Positions 38,503-46,779 of a stretch of DNA of 64,000 nt are shown in pieces. Location: positions 42,606 to 106,605 of the forward strand of contig CAVWFR010000026.1 in the NCBI GenBank assembly GCA_963754305.1, given 5' to 3'. Numbering within the stretch: position 1 is the stretch's first letter; the number at the start of each line of letters is the position of its first letter. The translations under genes were made by a program, and so were the position numbers. The stretch comes from an uncultured beta proteobacterium. GTDB lineage: Bacteria > Pseudomonadota > Gammaproteobacteria > Burkholderiales > SG8-39. Under the pieces are notes generated by a model. The model did not search any database. It worked only from the letters and a program-made list of their open reading frames with translations, and was not told the DNA's origin.

Positions 38503-39477
38503 ATGCGGTCCACCATTCTCCGCGGCATCTCCGTAGTGCTCGCGCTCGCCGCCGCGGCCAGCGCCTCCGCGCAGTACCCGACGAAACCCGTCACGATGAT
38601 CGTGCCGTTTGCCGCCGGCGGCCCGACCGACACCGTCGCTCGCTCGATCGCCGCGTCGATGCAGAACACGCTCAAGCAGACGGTGCTCGTCGAGAACGTT
38701 GGCGGCGCCGGCGGCACGATCGGCGTTGGGCGAGCGGCCAAGGCGAGCCCCGACGGCTACACGATCCTGATGCACCACATCGGTATGGCGACCGCGCCGG
38801 CGCTCTATCGCAAGCTGACGTTTGATCCGCTGAAGGATTTCGAGTACGTCGGGGAGGTCACCGACGTCCCGATGACGATGATCGCGCGCGGGAACTTCCC
38901 GGCGGCCAACTTCAAGGAGTTCCTCGCCTACGTCAAGGCGAACAAGGGCAAGCTCTCGTACGCGAACGCCGGCCTCGGCTCCGCCTCGCATCTGTGCGGA
39001 CTGCTGTTCATGAGCACGATCGAAGCCGATCTTACTACCGTGCCCTACAAGGGTACCGCGCCGGCGATGAATGATTTGCTCGGCGGGCAGGTCGACCTCC
39101 TGTGCGACCAGACGACCAACACCACCTCGCAGATCAAGAGCGGAAAGGTGAAGGCATATGCGGTCACCACGCCGAAGCGGGTCGCGTCGCTGCCAGACCT
39201 CCCGACGATGCAGGAGGAGGGGTTGAAGGGCTTCGACGTCGCGGTGTGGCACGCGATCTATGCGCCCAAGGGCACGCCGAAACCGGTGGTCGACAAGCTG
39301 GTCGAGGCGCTGCAGACGGCGCTCAAGGACGACGGTGTGAAGAAGCGCTTCGCCGATCTCGGGACCGAGCCGGTGCCGCCGGAGAAAGCGACGCCGGCCT
39401 ATCTCCAGAAGCATCTCGCGGCCGAGATCGCGAAGTGGAAGCCGATCATCGAGAAGGCCGGGCAGTACGCCGACTGA
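38503..39477 (+). CDS. Bug-family (TctC-like) substrate-binding protein
   Basis: ATG at 38503 (AAGGAG upstream) inside ORF 38434..39477. Signal MRSTILRGISVVLALAAAASASA, then QYPTKPVTMIVPFAAGGPTDTVARS. Confidence 0.9.
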   Translation: MRSTILRGISVVLALAAAASASAQYPTKPVTMIVPFAAGGPTDTVARSIAASMQNTLKQTVLVENVGGAGGTIGVGRAAKASPDGYTILMHHIGMATAPALYRKLTFDPLKDFEYVGEVTDVPMTMIARGNFPAANFKEFLAYVKANKGKLSYANAGLGSASHLCGLLFMSTIEADLTTVPYKGTAPAMNDLLGGQVDLLCDQTTNTTSQIKSGKVKAYAVTTPKRVASLPDLPTMQEEGLKGFDVAVWHAIYAPKGTPKPVVDKLVEALQTALKDDGVKKRFADLGTEPVPPEKATPAYLQKHLAAEIAKWKPIIEKAGQYAD

Positions 39478-39480
39478 AAC

Positions 39481-40053
39481 ATGGCGCGGCCCGCGTGCAT
39501 CGTCGCGCTGATCGCACTGATTGCCGCGCTGCCGCTGGCGGCGCTCGCCGATGAAGCCCTCTGGTCGCAGCTTCGGTCGGGCGGCTTTGTCGTTCTGATC
39601 CGGCACGGCTTGACCGACCCGGGCGTCGGCGACCCGCCGGGCTTCACGCTCGGCGACTGCAGGACTGAACGGAATCTGAACGACGCCGGGCGCGCCGAGG
39701 CGAAGCGGGTCGGCGAGGCGTTCCGGCGTAACAAGGTGCCCGTGGCGCAGGTGCTGTCGAGCGAATGGTGCCGCTGCCGGGACACTGCCCAGCTTGCCTT
39801 CGGAACCTACGAAGCCTGGCCGGCCCTCAACAATCTCTTCGGCCGCCCGGAGAACGCGGCCGCGCAAACGCGCGCGATTGTCGAGCGTGCGAGCCGCGCC
39901 CGCGGGCCGGCGAACCTCGTCCTCGTTTCGCATGGGAGCACGATCACCCCGATCTCGGGCGTGAGCCCGGCGCCCGCCGAGATGATCGTGATGAAGCCTG
40001 CCGGCGCGGGCTCGCTCAAGCTGGTCGGACGGATTCCGGTCGCGCCGGATTGA
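39481..40053 (+). CDS. secreted histidine phosphatase family protein
   Basis: 190-aa ORF. Signal MARPACIVALIALIAALPLAALA. RHG motif (..VVLIRHGLTD..) and the second catalytic His context (..LVLVSHGSTI..). Its 3' end overlaps the convergent hydrolase gene by 38 nt. Confidence 0.75.
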   Translation: MARPACIVALIALIAALPLAALADEALWSQLRSGGFVVLIRHGLTDPGVGDPPGFTLGDCRTERNLNDAGRAEAKRVGEAFRRNKVPVAQVLSSEWCRCRDTAQLAFGTYEAWPALNNLFGRPENAAAQTRAIVERASRARGPANLVLVSHGSTITPISGVSPAPAEMIVMKPAGAGSLKLVGRIPVAPD

Positions 40054-40928
40054 CGGCGAGAAACTCGGCGATCGGCCCGGCGATCGCCGCCGGCGCCTCC
40101 TCGGGAATGAAGTGCCCGCAGTCCACCGTGAAGCCGCGCGCGTCGTGCGCGTACTGCCGCCACACCTCGAGCGGGTCCGCAGATTTGCCCTTGCCGACGA
40201 AGGTGCCCGACCAGATCGCGAGCACCGGGCAGGCGATTTTCCGCCCGGCGTCGAGATCCGCGCGGTCGTGCTCGTCGTCCAGGGTCGCGCCCGCGCGATA
40301 GTCGGCGCACGTCGCGGCGATCACCTCGGGCCGCCGGAACGCGCGCTTGTACTCGTCCAGAGAATCATCGAGCGCGGGCCGCGCCGCGCGCCCATCTGCG
40401 GCAGCAGGACTCGAGCCAGAAATCCGGGTCGCCGCCGATCAGCCGCTCGGGCAGGCCTCCGCCTTGCGCGAGAAAGCCCCAGTGGAAGGTGTTGATCGCG
40501 AAGACGCGCGTCGCGCCAGCCCACATCGCACCGGTCGGGACGATGTCGAGCGCGACGAGCTTCGCCACCGCCGCGGGATGGTCGAGCGCGAGACGGTAGG
40601 CAACACGCGCGCCCCGGTCGTGGCCGACGACCGCGAAGCGCTCGTGGCCGAGTTTGCGCATGAGCGCGACGAGCTCGGCTGCCATCGTGCGTTTGGAGTA
40701 GTTCGCCGCATCGAGCGCCGGCGCCGGCGCGTCGCTCGCGCCATAGCCCTTGAGGTCGGGTACCACGAGGGCCCAGCGCTCGGCCCAGCCGGGCGCGAGT
40801 CGCCGCCAGACAAGATGCGTTTGCGGGTAACCGTGCAGCAACAGCACGGCGGGCCCGGAGCCCGCCGTGTTCACGCTGAAGCCCACGCCGGCGGCCTCGA
40901 CCCGCCGCTCGGTAAAACCCGCGATCAC
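40016..40928 (-). pseudogene. alpha/beta hydrolase (haloacetate dehalogenase/epoxide hydrolase-like), one frameshift near 40385 (possibly a sequencing error)
   Basis: GTG at 40928 (GTGA overlap with the DLH stop): VIAGFTERRVEAAGVGFSVNTAGSGPAVLLLHGYPQTHLVWRRLAP...VVGHDRGARVAYRLALDHP...GGDPDFWLESCCRRWARG, then a premature stop at 40365. The next frame continues ..RPALDDSLDEYKRAFRRPEVIAATCADYRAGATLDDEHD...VDCGHFIPEEAP (ORF 40016..40324). The span is 3n+1. Confidence 0.7.
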
Positions 40929-41815
40929 GCGACGCCGTGCTTCTTGAACCAGGCGAGCATGCGCTTCCAACCGTCCTCGGCCGCTTCCTTGCGGTAGGTG
41001 TTCCGGTAGTCGGCGTGGAACGCGTGCGGCATGCCGTCGTAGACGACGATCACCGAATCCTTGTCCTTGCCGAACGCCAGGAGACCCGCGCGCATGCGCT
41101 CGACGAGGTTGAGCGGAATGCCTCCGTCCGCGCCGCCGTAGAGGCCGAGCACCGGGGCGTTGAGCTTGTCGGTGATGTCCATCGGCGTGGCCGTGATGCC
41201 GGGCGGGGCGGGCGTGAGCTGGCCGTACCACGCGACCCCGGCCTTGATCTTCGGGTTGTGCGCCGTATACATCCACACCGTCCGGCCGCCGCGGCACATC
41301 CCGGTGATCCCGAGCTTCGTAGCGTTCGCCTTGGGCTGCTTCTCGACCCAGGCGACCAGCGCGTCGAGGTCGGCGAAGGCTTGCGCGTCGGTGAGCGCGT
41401 TCGCCGCCGCGATCACCTGCTTGACGTCGGCGACCTTCGAGAGATCACCCGACCGGAAAAATGGATCGGCCGAGATCGCGTAATACCCGGCCTTCGCCAG
41501 CCGACGGACGATGTCCTTCTGGTATTCGTGCAGCCCGAACACCTCGGGAATGACGATGATGACCGGGAGCTTGCCCGCTCTTTTTTTCGGCGATGCCGTA
41601 TAGGCCGGCATCTGTGCCCCGCCACCCACCGGGATCATCACGTCGGCGACATCGAGCCCGTCGGCGGAGGTCTTGATCACCTGCTGTGCCATCAGCGGAC
41701 CGGCGGCGAGCGCGAAGCCGGTGGCGGCGCCGGACACGAGGAAGCCGCGGCGCGAGAACGGCACGGCGGGCACGAGGCTGTCGAAATCGGGCGTAGTCAG
41801 CTCGCGGTCGTTCAT
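40925..41815 (-). CDS. dienelactone hydrolase family protein with Tat signal
   Basis: 296-aa ORF. Twin-arginine signal ..VPFSRRGFLVSGAATGFALAAGPLMAQ. DLH-like ..LPVIIVIPEVFGLHEYQKDIVRRLAKAGYYAI.., nucleophile region ..GITGMCRGG.., C-terminal ..MPHAFHADYR.. . Confidence 0.8.
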   Translation of the reverse strand: MNDRELTTPDFDSLVPAVPFSRRGFLVSGAATGFALAAGPLMAQQVIKTSADGLDVADVMIPVGGGAQMPAYTASPKKRAGKLPVIIVIPEVFGLHEYQKDIVRRLAKAGYYAISADPFFRSGDLSKVADVKQVIAAANALTDAQAFADLDALVAWVEKQPKANATKLGITGMCRGGRTVWMYTAHNPKIKAGVAWYGQLTPAPPGITATPMDITDKLNAPVLGLYGGADGGIPLNLVERMRAGLLAFGKDKDSVIVVYDGMPHAFHADYRNTYRKEAAEDGWKRMLAWFKKHGVA

Positions 41816-41875
41816 CGAATCCTCCAGGTTGAGGTGGTAACGGGTACTGCGGAGCGAACGGATTCTGCCAGCTTC

Positions 41876-43216
41876 TCATTCCGTTAGCGACGCCGGACCG
41901 GGCGCCAACTCGGCGAGCCGATCCCGGTACCAGCGGTTGCCGGGTCGCGCGGCCGTGCACTCGGAGAGAATGGCGCACGCAAGCGGCAGCCGGCCGGCGC
42001 GGGCCGCCGCGTCGACGAGGATCTGGGTGAAGAGATCGCGCTGCGCGTGGCTGCCGCCGATCCGCGCGAGCCGCCCGCGGAGCGGCGCCAAGCGTTCGAC
42101 CGTGGTGGTCCAGTCGCCGGCACGGTAGGCGACCAGCCCTTCGCAAAGCGCGCGGCCGGTCTCGGCGGCGATCGCCGCGGTGGTTCCCGCGCCGGCGGCC
42201 GCGCAGGCGGCGATCGCCGCCCGCAGCCGATCGGCCGCCTCGCGGTCGCCGGCCGCGGCCAGCGCGAGCGCATAGTGCGCGTCGATGAAGACCAGGATCC
42301 TGGCCTCGAGCTGCCCGCGGATCTTGTCGGCGATGTGCGCCCATCGCTCGCCGACCCCGAGCCCGGCGATCTCGAGCCGCTGGAGCAGCGCGGCGTCGTT
42401 GCACAAATCGAGGTACTCGTCGGACGCCGGGTCGCACACCCGCTCGTCATAGAGCGCGAGCGCGGCCTCGGCCTCGCCGAGTCCGAGCAGCATCAGCGCG
42501 CGATGCCACCAGAGGTGATAGCGGAAGTTGTTGCAAGCGTCCCAGCGGCGCTCGAGGCCGTCGATCCACGCCAGGCCGTCGCGAGCGCGATCCTGCATCT
42601 CCAGCACGTGTGCCACCGCGTGCACCGCCCACGGATCGTCGGGCGCGAGCTCGACGGCCCGCTTGCCGGTGCGCTCGGCGTCCGCGTAGGCGCCCGACTC
42701 TTCCAGACCGAACGCGTACATCCCGAGCACGCTGCCGTAGCCCGGCACCGCTTCGTCCCAGGCGTACAGCGTGCGCGCGACCGAGTCGCGCATCGCCTGC
42801 GCGCCGTCGCTGTAGAAGTGCAGATAGTGCGCGACCTTCAGCGCGACGACGTCGCGCGGATGGTCGATGAGGATCGCCTCGAGCGCCTCCAGCGCACCCT
42901 GGAAATCGCTGCGGCACCAAGCGTCCAGCGCCGCGGCGTGCCGGCGCTCGCGCCCGGTCGCATGCTCGAGCCCTCGTTTCGCGGCCGCGGCGGCTTCGAC
43001 CGCCTTCGCGAGCAACGCGGGCTTCCCCATCAGCAGGAAGAAGTACCCGCGCAGAACCTGCGCGAGCGGCATCGACCGATCGGCGTCGAGCGTCGCCTTG
43101 AGACGCGCACCCGTGTCGCGCGCGAAGGCGAGATAGCCGTCGACCGTCGCATCGAATGCGGCGGTCGCGGCGGCATTCGACGCGGTGAGCTCGAGTCCCC
43201 GGCAGTCGCGCTGCAT
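41876..43216 (-). CDS. tetratricopeptide-repeat protein (TTC38-like)
   Basis: 446-aa all-helical ORF with repeated A/L/Y-rich TPR-like units. The N-terminus ..ASNAAATAAFDATVDGYLAF..LAQVLRGYFFLLMGKP.. resembles the TTC38 family as I recall it. Confidence 0.6.
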   Translation of the reverse strand: MQRDCRGLELTASNAAATAAFDATVDGYLAFARDTGARLKATLDADRSMPLAQVLRGYFFLLMGKPALLAKAVEAAAAAKRGLEHATGRERRHAAALDAWCRSDFQGALEALEAILIDHPRDVVALKVAHYLHFYSDGAQAMRDSVARTLYAWDEAVPGYGSVLGMYAFGLEESGAYADAERTGKRAVELAPDDPWAVHAVAHVLEMQDRARDGLAWIDGLERRWDACNNFRYHLWWHRALMLLGLGEAEAALALYDERVCDPASDEYLDLCNDAALLQRLEIAGLGVGERWAHIADKIRGQLEARILVFIDAHYALALAAAGDREAADRLRAAIAACAAAGAGTTAAIAAETGRALCEGLVAYRAGDWTTTVERLAPLRGRLARIGGSHAQRDLFTQILVDAAARAGRLPLACAILSECTAARPGNRWYRDRLAELAPGPASLTE

Positions 43217-43255
43217 GGCCCGCGAAGAATCCGCTGCGGGCGCGCGGTTGTCAAA

Positions 43256-43282
43256 CCGCGGGTGCGCGTTCGCGCACCGCGG
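43256..43282 (-). terminator. possible intrinsic terminator after the P460-cupredoxin gene
   Basis: CCGCGGGTGCGC-GTTC-GCGCACCGCGG forms an 11-bp GC stem with a one-base bulge. It starts immediately after the stop codon. On the minus strand it is followed by TTTG, a short U-tract. Confidence 0.4.
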
Positions 43283-44062
43283 CTATTTCACCTCGACCTG
43301 TCCCTTCATCGTCGGGTGCAGCCCGCAGATGTAGTCGAACAGCCCCGCCTGGTCGAACTTGAGCGCAGCGCTCTGTCCTTTGACCAGTACGCCGGTTCTG
43401 CGGTTGGCCACCGAGATCTGGTGCGGCGAGTCGTCGGTGTTGGTCCAGTTGACGGTCTGGCCCGGCGCCACGCTGATCTTGCCGGGCCCGAACACGAATC
43501 CGGCGATGTTGACCTCGGTCGTGCCCGAGCGCGGCTTTGCAGCGGCGGTGGGGAAGGTGCCGTTGAGCTTGGCGAGCGAGATGACGAAATCCTGCTTCTC
43601 GTGCGGCTTGTGGCAGTCGAAGCAGGCGCGGATGTTCGCTTTCGGGTTGACGCGCCCGTCGGCGGTGAAGGCCTGGTATTCCCATTCGCCGTTCCGCCAG
43701 TCCGCCGGGTACTCCTTGCCCCAGCCGGTGCGCTTCTCCATGATCGCGTTGGCGACGACGTCTTTTTTCTGGAAGCGGCCGTCGGCGCCCTTGATCGGGT
43801 TGCCCTGGGCGTCGGTTTCCACGCTCCACTGCACCATCGTGATCACCGCGCCGCTGGGGATCGGCTGGCCCTTCCGCACGGCTTCGACCACATCGGCCTG
43901 GGTGTAGAACTCGCGGTACTGCTTGATATCCGGGCGGTCGATGGTGTAGTAACGCTCGCCCTTCAAGTAACCGGACGGGAACTGGACGTTCTCGGGGCCG
44001 GCGTGGGCCGCTGCGGCGGCGGCGATGGCAATGGCTGCGACGTAGCGCGTGCGGACTCTCAT
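43283..44062 (-). CDS. secreted fusion protein: cytochrome P460-family heme domain plus type-1 copper cupredoxin domain
   Basis: The second ATG at 44062 is preferred because GGAGGGG precedes it. Signal MRVRTRYVAAIAIAAAAAAHA. The N-domain ends with ..NGEWEYQAFTADGRVNPKANIRACFDCHKPHEKQDFVIS.., a CXXCH near the domain end as in the P460/c'-beta family. The C-domain ..VNWTNTDDSPHQISV...LFDYICGLHPTMKGQVEVK carries the His/Cys/His/Met blue-copper ligand pattern. Confidence 0.75.
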   Translation of the reverse strand: MRVRTRYVAAIAIAAAAAAHAGPENVQFPSGYLKGERYYTIDRPDIKQYREFYTQADVVEAVRKGQPIPSGAVITMVQWSVETDAQGNPIKGADGRFQKKDVVANAIMEKRTGWGKEYPADWRNGEWEYQAFTADGRVNPKANIRACFDCHKPHEKQDFVISLAKLNGTFPTAAAKPRSGTTEVNIAGFVFGPGKISVAPGQTVNWTNTDDSPHQISVANRRTGVLVKGQSAALKFDQAGLFDYICGLHPTMKGQVEVK

Positions 44063-44337
44063 AAACCCCTCCATTTATGAACCCGTAGCTGTATACACCG
44101 GCGCCACACACCTGGATGCGGCGCCGGTTCCGGCTCTTGACGTGCGTCAACAGCGGGCGGCGGTGGCGAATTCCCCCGCGACCCGCCGGCCCGACCGCTT
44201 CGCAGCAGCGCCAGAGCGACGGACGTCACGATCAGGAACGCAGGGTACTCCCACCGCCTGGCGTGGTGAACACCCAACCGTTCGGGCCATTCCACCCGGA
44301 CCGCCCCGACGACCAGGGCCAGGGGCAGGGGCACGCG

Positions 44338-44478
44338 TTACGCCGTCACCGCCAGGTCGCCGCGCTCTACGGGTAGGCCTGCGTCCTGCCAGTCCTGCTT
44401 CCCACCGGCGTACACCGCGACGTTCGAGTAGCCGAGGGCTTCCAGGCAGGCGCTGGCGCGGCTGCTGCACGCCGCGCG
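44338..44478 (-). pseudogene. possible C-terminal remnant of a rhodanese-domain gene
   Basis: The minus-strand tail reads ..CSSRASACLEALGYSNVAVYAGGKQDWQDAGLPVERG.. with a stop at 44338. It resembles the end of single-domain rhodaneses (..G..nV..l.GG...W). The N-terminal half of the domain is not findable in any frame, and the upstream region overlaps the neighbouring ORF. Confidence 0.3.
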
Positions 44479-44513
44479 CGGCGAAGCCGCCGCGCGCTGA
44501 TTCGGCGAACCGG

Positions 44514-44909
44514 TCAGCGGATCAGCGCCCGGCTCCCGACGATCAGGACGACGACGAACACGCAGGCAAGAAAGACGAGCAGCGCGCGGCGCGCCTTGGC
44601 GCGCCGCTCGGCGGTCTCGACTCGCTCGTTCTCCATGAGCGCCGCGACCCGCGCCCACTTGTGTTCTGCGGTCGCCGGCGGCTTCTGCGCCGCCGGATGG
44701 TCCCACCCGAGCACCGTCTGCGCGTCGAGCGGCGTCGTCGCGCGGGGGTCGCGGCGGGGCGGTGTGGGCGCGGCGCTCCCGCGATGGGGCGCCGACCCGG
44801 CGAGGCCGGCGGTGTCCACCACCTCGCGCCGCTTGACCTTGGCGGCGACCTCGCGCCGCGCCGACTGCAGCAGCGCGCGCTCCCGGTCGCTGAGGCTCTT
44901 GTCGCTCAC
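44514..44909 (-). CDS. hypothetical protein with C-terminal transmembrane anchor
   Basis: This is the C-terminal portion of ORF 44514..45509. From GTG 44909 it reads VSDKSLSDRERALLQSARREVAAKVKRRE...AERRAKARRALLVFLACVFVVVLIVGSRALIR. The start is uncertain and I see no clear RBS. Upstream of 44996 the same frame overlaps the citryl-CoA lyase gene out of frame. Confidence 0.35.
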   Translation of the reverse strand: MSDKSLSDRERALLQSARREVAAKVKRREVVDTAGLAGSAPHRGSAAPTPPRRDPRATTPLDAQTVLGWDHPAAQKPPATAEHKWARVAALMENERVETAERRAKARRALLVFLACVFVVVLIVGSRALIR

Positions 44910-44995
44910 CGGCCGGATTCTGCCGTCTTGCCCGCGCCCCGGTCCAGGGTCCCCGCCGTCGCCGCAGTGCGGTTTTTCCGCCCTGGGCGCATCCG

Positions 44996-45796
44996 TCAAT
45001 CCTCGGGCGGACGGGCATGCGCACTCGCCTCGTCCTCGACCCGGTGCCAGATCTCGAGCGCCATCGGGCGCTCGCTCTCCTCGAGGAGATGCCCCACCAG
45101 CCCGACGGCGCGGGCCATAACGCCGAACCCGCGGACGATCCGGTCGGAGAAGCCGAGCTCGCAGCAGATCGGGGCGATCGCGCCGGTCGCATTGATCGGC
45201 AGCGAACGCGCCGAGACGCGCTCCGCCTCCGCGCCGATCCGCTTCATGAGCCCGACGTAGTTGCCGGCGAGCCCGTTCTCGGCCGCGAGCTGGAACAGCC
45301 GCGGCGTACGCGGATCGACCGGCTTGTGGATCGGGTGGCCGATCCCCGGGATGATCTCCTTGCGCGCGCGATAGTCGGCGACGGTCTGGCGCGCGATCTC
45401 GTCGAGCTCGGCGGCGGTCGCGGCGCGCGAGCGCTCGCGCGGGAGCACGGTGTAGAGCATCCGCGCCGCGCCCTCCATGCTGCCCACGAACACCGTGCCC
45501 AACCCGCACAGCCCCGCGGCGACCGCCGCCTGCAGCGATTCCGGCGCGCCGGCATAGGTGAGGCGGGCCGCGAGCGCGCTCGGGGTGATGCCGTGCTCGA
45601 CTAGCGTCACGAGGATGGCGTTGAACATGATCGATTCCTGCGGGGTCGGCAGGCGCGCGGTCAGCTCGAGAAACGCCATGTCGCCGAGATTGATCTTCCC
45701 GAGCAGCTCGCCCGGGAGGTCCTTGCCGCGGACGACGATGCGGTCCGCGGTGCTCCAGCCGAGATCGCTGCGGATGGGCTTGCGGGGTCTGGCCAT
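44996..45796 (-). CDS. citryl-CoA lyase (citrate-synthase-like small family)
   Basis: 266-aa ORF: ..RIVVRGKDLPGELLGKINLGDMAFLELTARLPT.., ..LVTLVEHGITPSA.., ..IIPGIGHPIHKPVDPR.., ..LPINATGAIA.. follow the citrate-synthase-like fold signature of citryl-CoA lyases. Confidence 0.75.
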   Translation of the reverse strand: MARPRKPIRSDLGWSTADRIVVRGKDLPGELLGKINLGDMAFLELTARLPTPQESIMFNAILVTLVEHGITPSALAARLTYAGAPESLQAAVAAGLCGLGTVFVGSMEGAARMLYTVLPRERSRAATAAELDEIARQTVADYRARKEIIPGIGHPIHKPVDPRTPRLFQLAAENGLAGNYVGLMKRIGAEAERVSARSLPINATGAIAPICCELGFSDRIVRGFGVMARAVGLVGHLLEESERPMALEIWHRVEDEASAHARPPED

Positions 45797-45821
45797 CGGG
45801 CGTCCTTTCAGAACAGCGGCT

Positions 45822-46727
45822 TCAGACCGGATCCCAGCTGAACACGTCGGCGGAGACGTCGAGCGGGGCGAAGCTCGCAGCCAGCGCCGGGAGCGCGTGC
45901 TCGGCGATCGTCTGCGGCGTCCAGCCTTCCGCGCGATGCACCGAGCGGACCGGCCGCGGCTGGCTGATCACGAAGATCTCGTTCGCCCGCACCGCGAAGA
46001 TCTGCCCGGAGACGTCCTTGGCCGCGTCGGCGGCGAGAAACACCGCCATCGGCGCGATCTTGCCCGCTTCCATGCGCTGCAGCTTCGCGACGCGTGCTTT
46101 CGCCTCCGGCGTCTCGGCGGGGATCGAGGCGATCATCCGGCTCCAGGCGAACGGCGCGATGCAGTTCGAGCGCACCCTGAACCGCCGCATGTCGAGCGCG
46201 ATCGACTTGGAGAGCGCGGCGAGCCCGAGCTTCGCCGCGGCGTAGTTCGCCTGGCCGACGTTGCCGATCAGGCCGGAAGTGGACGTCATGTGGATGTAAG
46301 CGCCGTGCTCCTGGTCGCGGAAGTGGGTGGCGGCGGCGCGGCTCACGTAGAAGCCCCCCATCAGGTGGACCTGGATCACCGCCTCCCAGTCCTCGGGCGT
46401 CATCTTGTGGAACAGGCGATCGCGGAGGATGCCGGCGTTGTTCACGATGCAGTCGACGCGGCCGAAGGCATCGAGCGCGGTCTGCACGATGCGGTTGGCG
46501 CTCGCCCAGCCGGCGACGCTCTCGGTGCTCGCGGTCGCGTTACCGCCGCCGGCGCGGATCTCGTCCACCACCCTGTCCGCCGGGCCCTTGTCGGCGCCTT
46601 CGCCGGCGAGCGACGCGCCGATGTCGTTCACGACGACGCTTGCGCCCGCGGCGGCCATCGCGAGCGCGATCTCGCGCCCGATGCCGCCGCCCGCGCCGGT
46701 GACGATCGCTACCTTGTCTTTCAGCAT
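45822..46727 (-). CDS. SDR family NAD(P)-dependent oxidoreductase (hydroxyacyl-CoA dehydrogenase-like)
   Basis: The ORF is 45822..46733. The ATG at 46727 is preferred (GAGGTG 5 nt upstream): MLKDKVAIVTGAGGGIGREIA.., ..NNAGILRD.., catalytic ..YAAAK.. . Confidence 0.85.
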   Translation of the reverse strand: MLKDKVAIVTGAGGGIGREIALAMAAAGASVVVNDIGASLAGEGADKGPADRVVDEIRAGGGNATASTESVAGWASANRIVQTALDAFGRVDCIVNNAGILRDRLFHKMTPEDWEAVIQVHLMGGFYVSRAAATHFRDQEHGAYIHMTSTSGLIGNVGQANYAAAKLGLAALSKSIALDMRRFRVRSNCIAPFAWSRMIASIPAETPEAKARVAKLQRMEAGKIAPMAVFLAADAAKDVSGQIFAVRANEIFVISQPRPVRSVHRAEGWTPQTIAEHALPALAASFAPLDVSADVFSWDPV

Positions 46728-46743
46728 GCGCACCTCACACCAA

Positions 46744-46779
46744 GATCCACATCGGGATCTACCTCAGGATCTACATCAG
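46744..46779 (-). repeat. 12-bp tandem repeat x3 spanning the rng stop codon
   Basis: GATCCACATCGG / GATCTACCTCAG / GATCTACATCAG. On the minus strand these read CTGATGTAGATC, CTGAGGTAGATC and CCGATGTGGATC. The first unit holds the last two rng codons plus TAG. Confidence 0.7.

Noticed and set aside
44100-44337. A YgaP-like transmembrane tail continuing after the TAA stop of the rhodanese fragment (ORF 44059..44334, ..WEYPAFLIVTSVALALL..)
   Set aside because: Only one short hydrophobic stretch is present, and none of the DUF2892/YgaP features I remember. The rest is Pro/Gly/Arg-rich. This is too weak to call.
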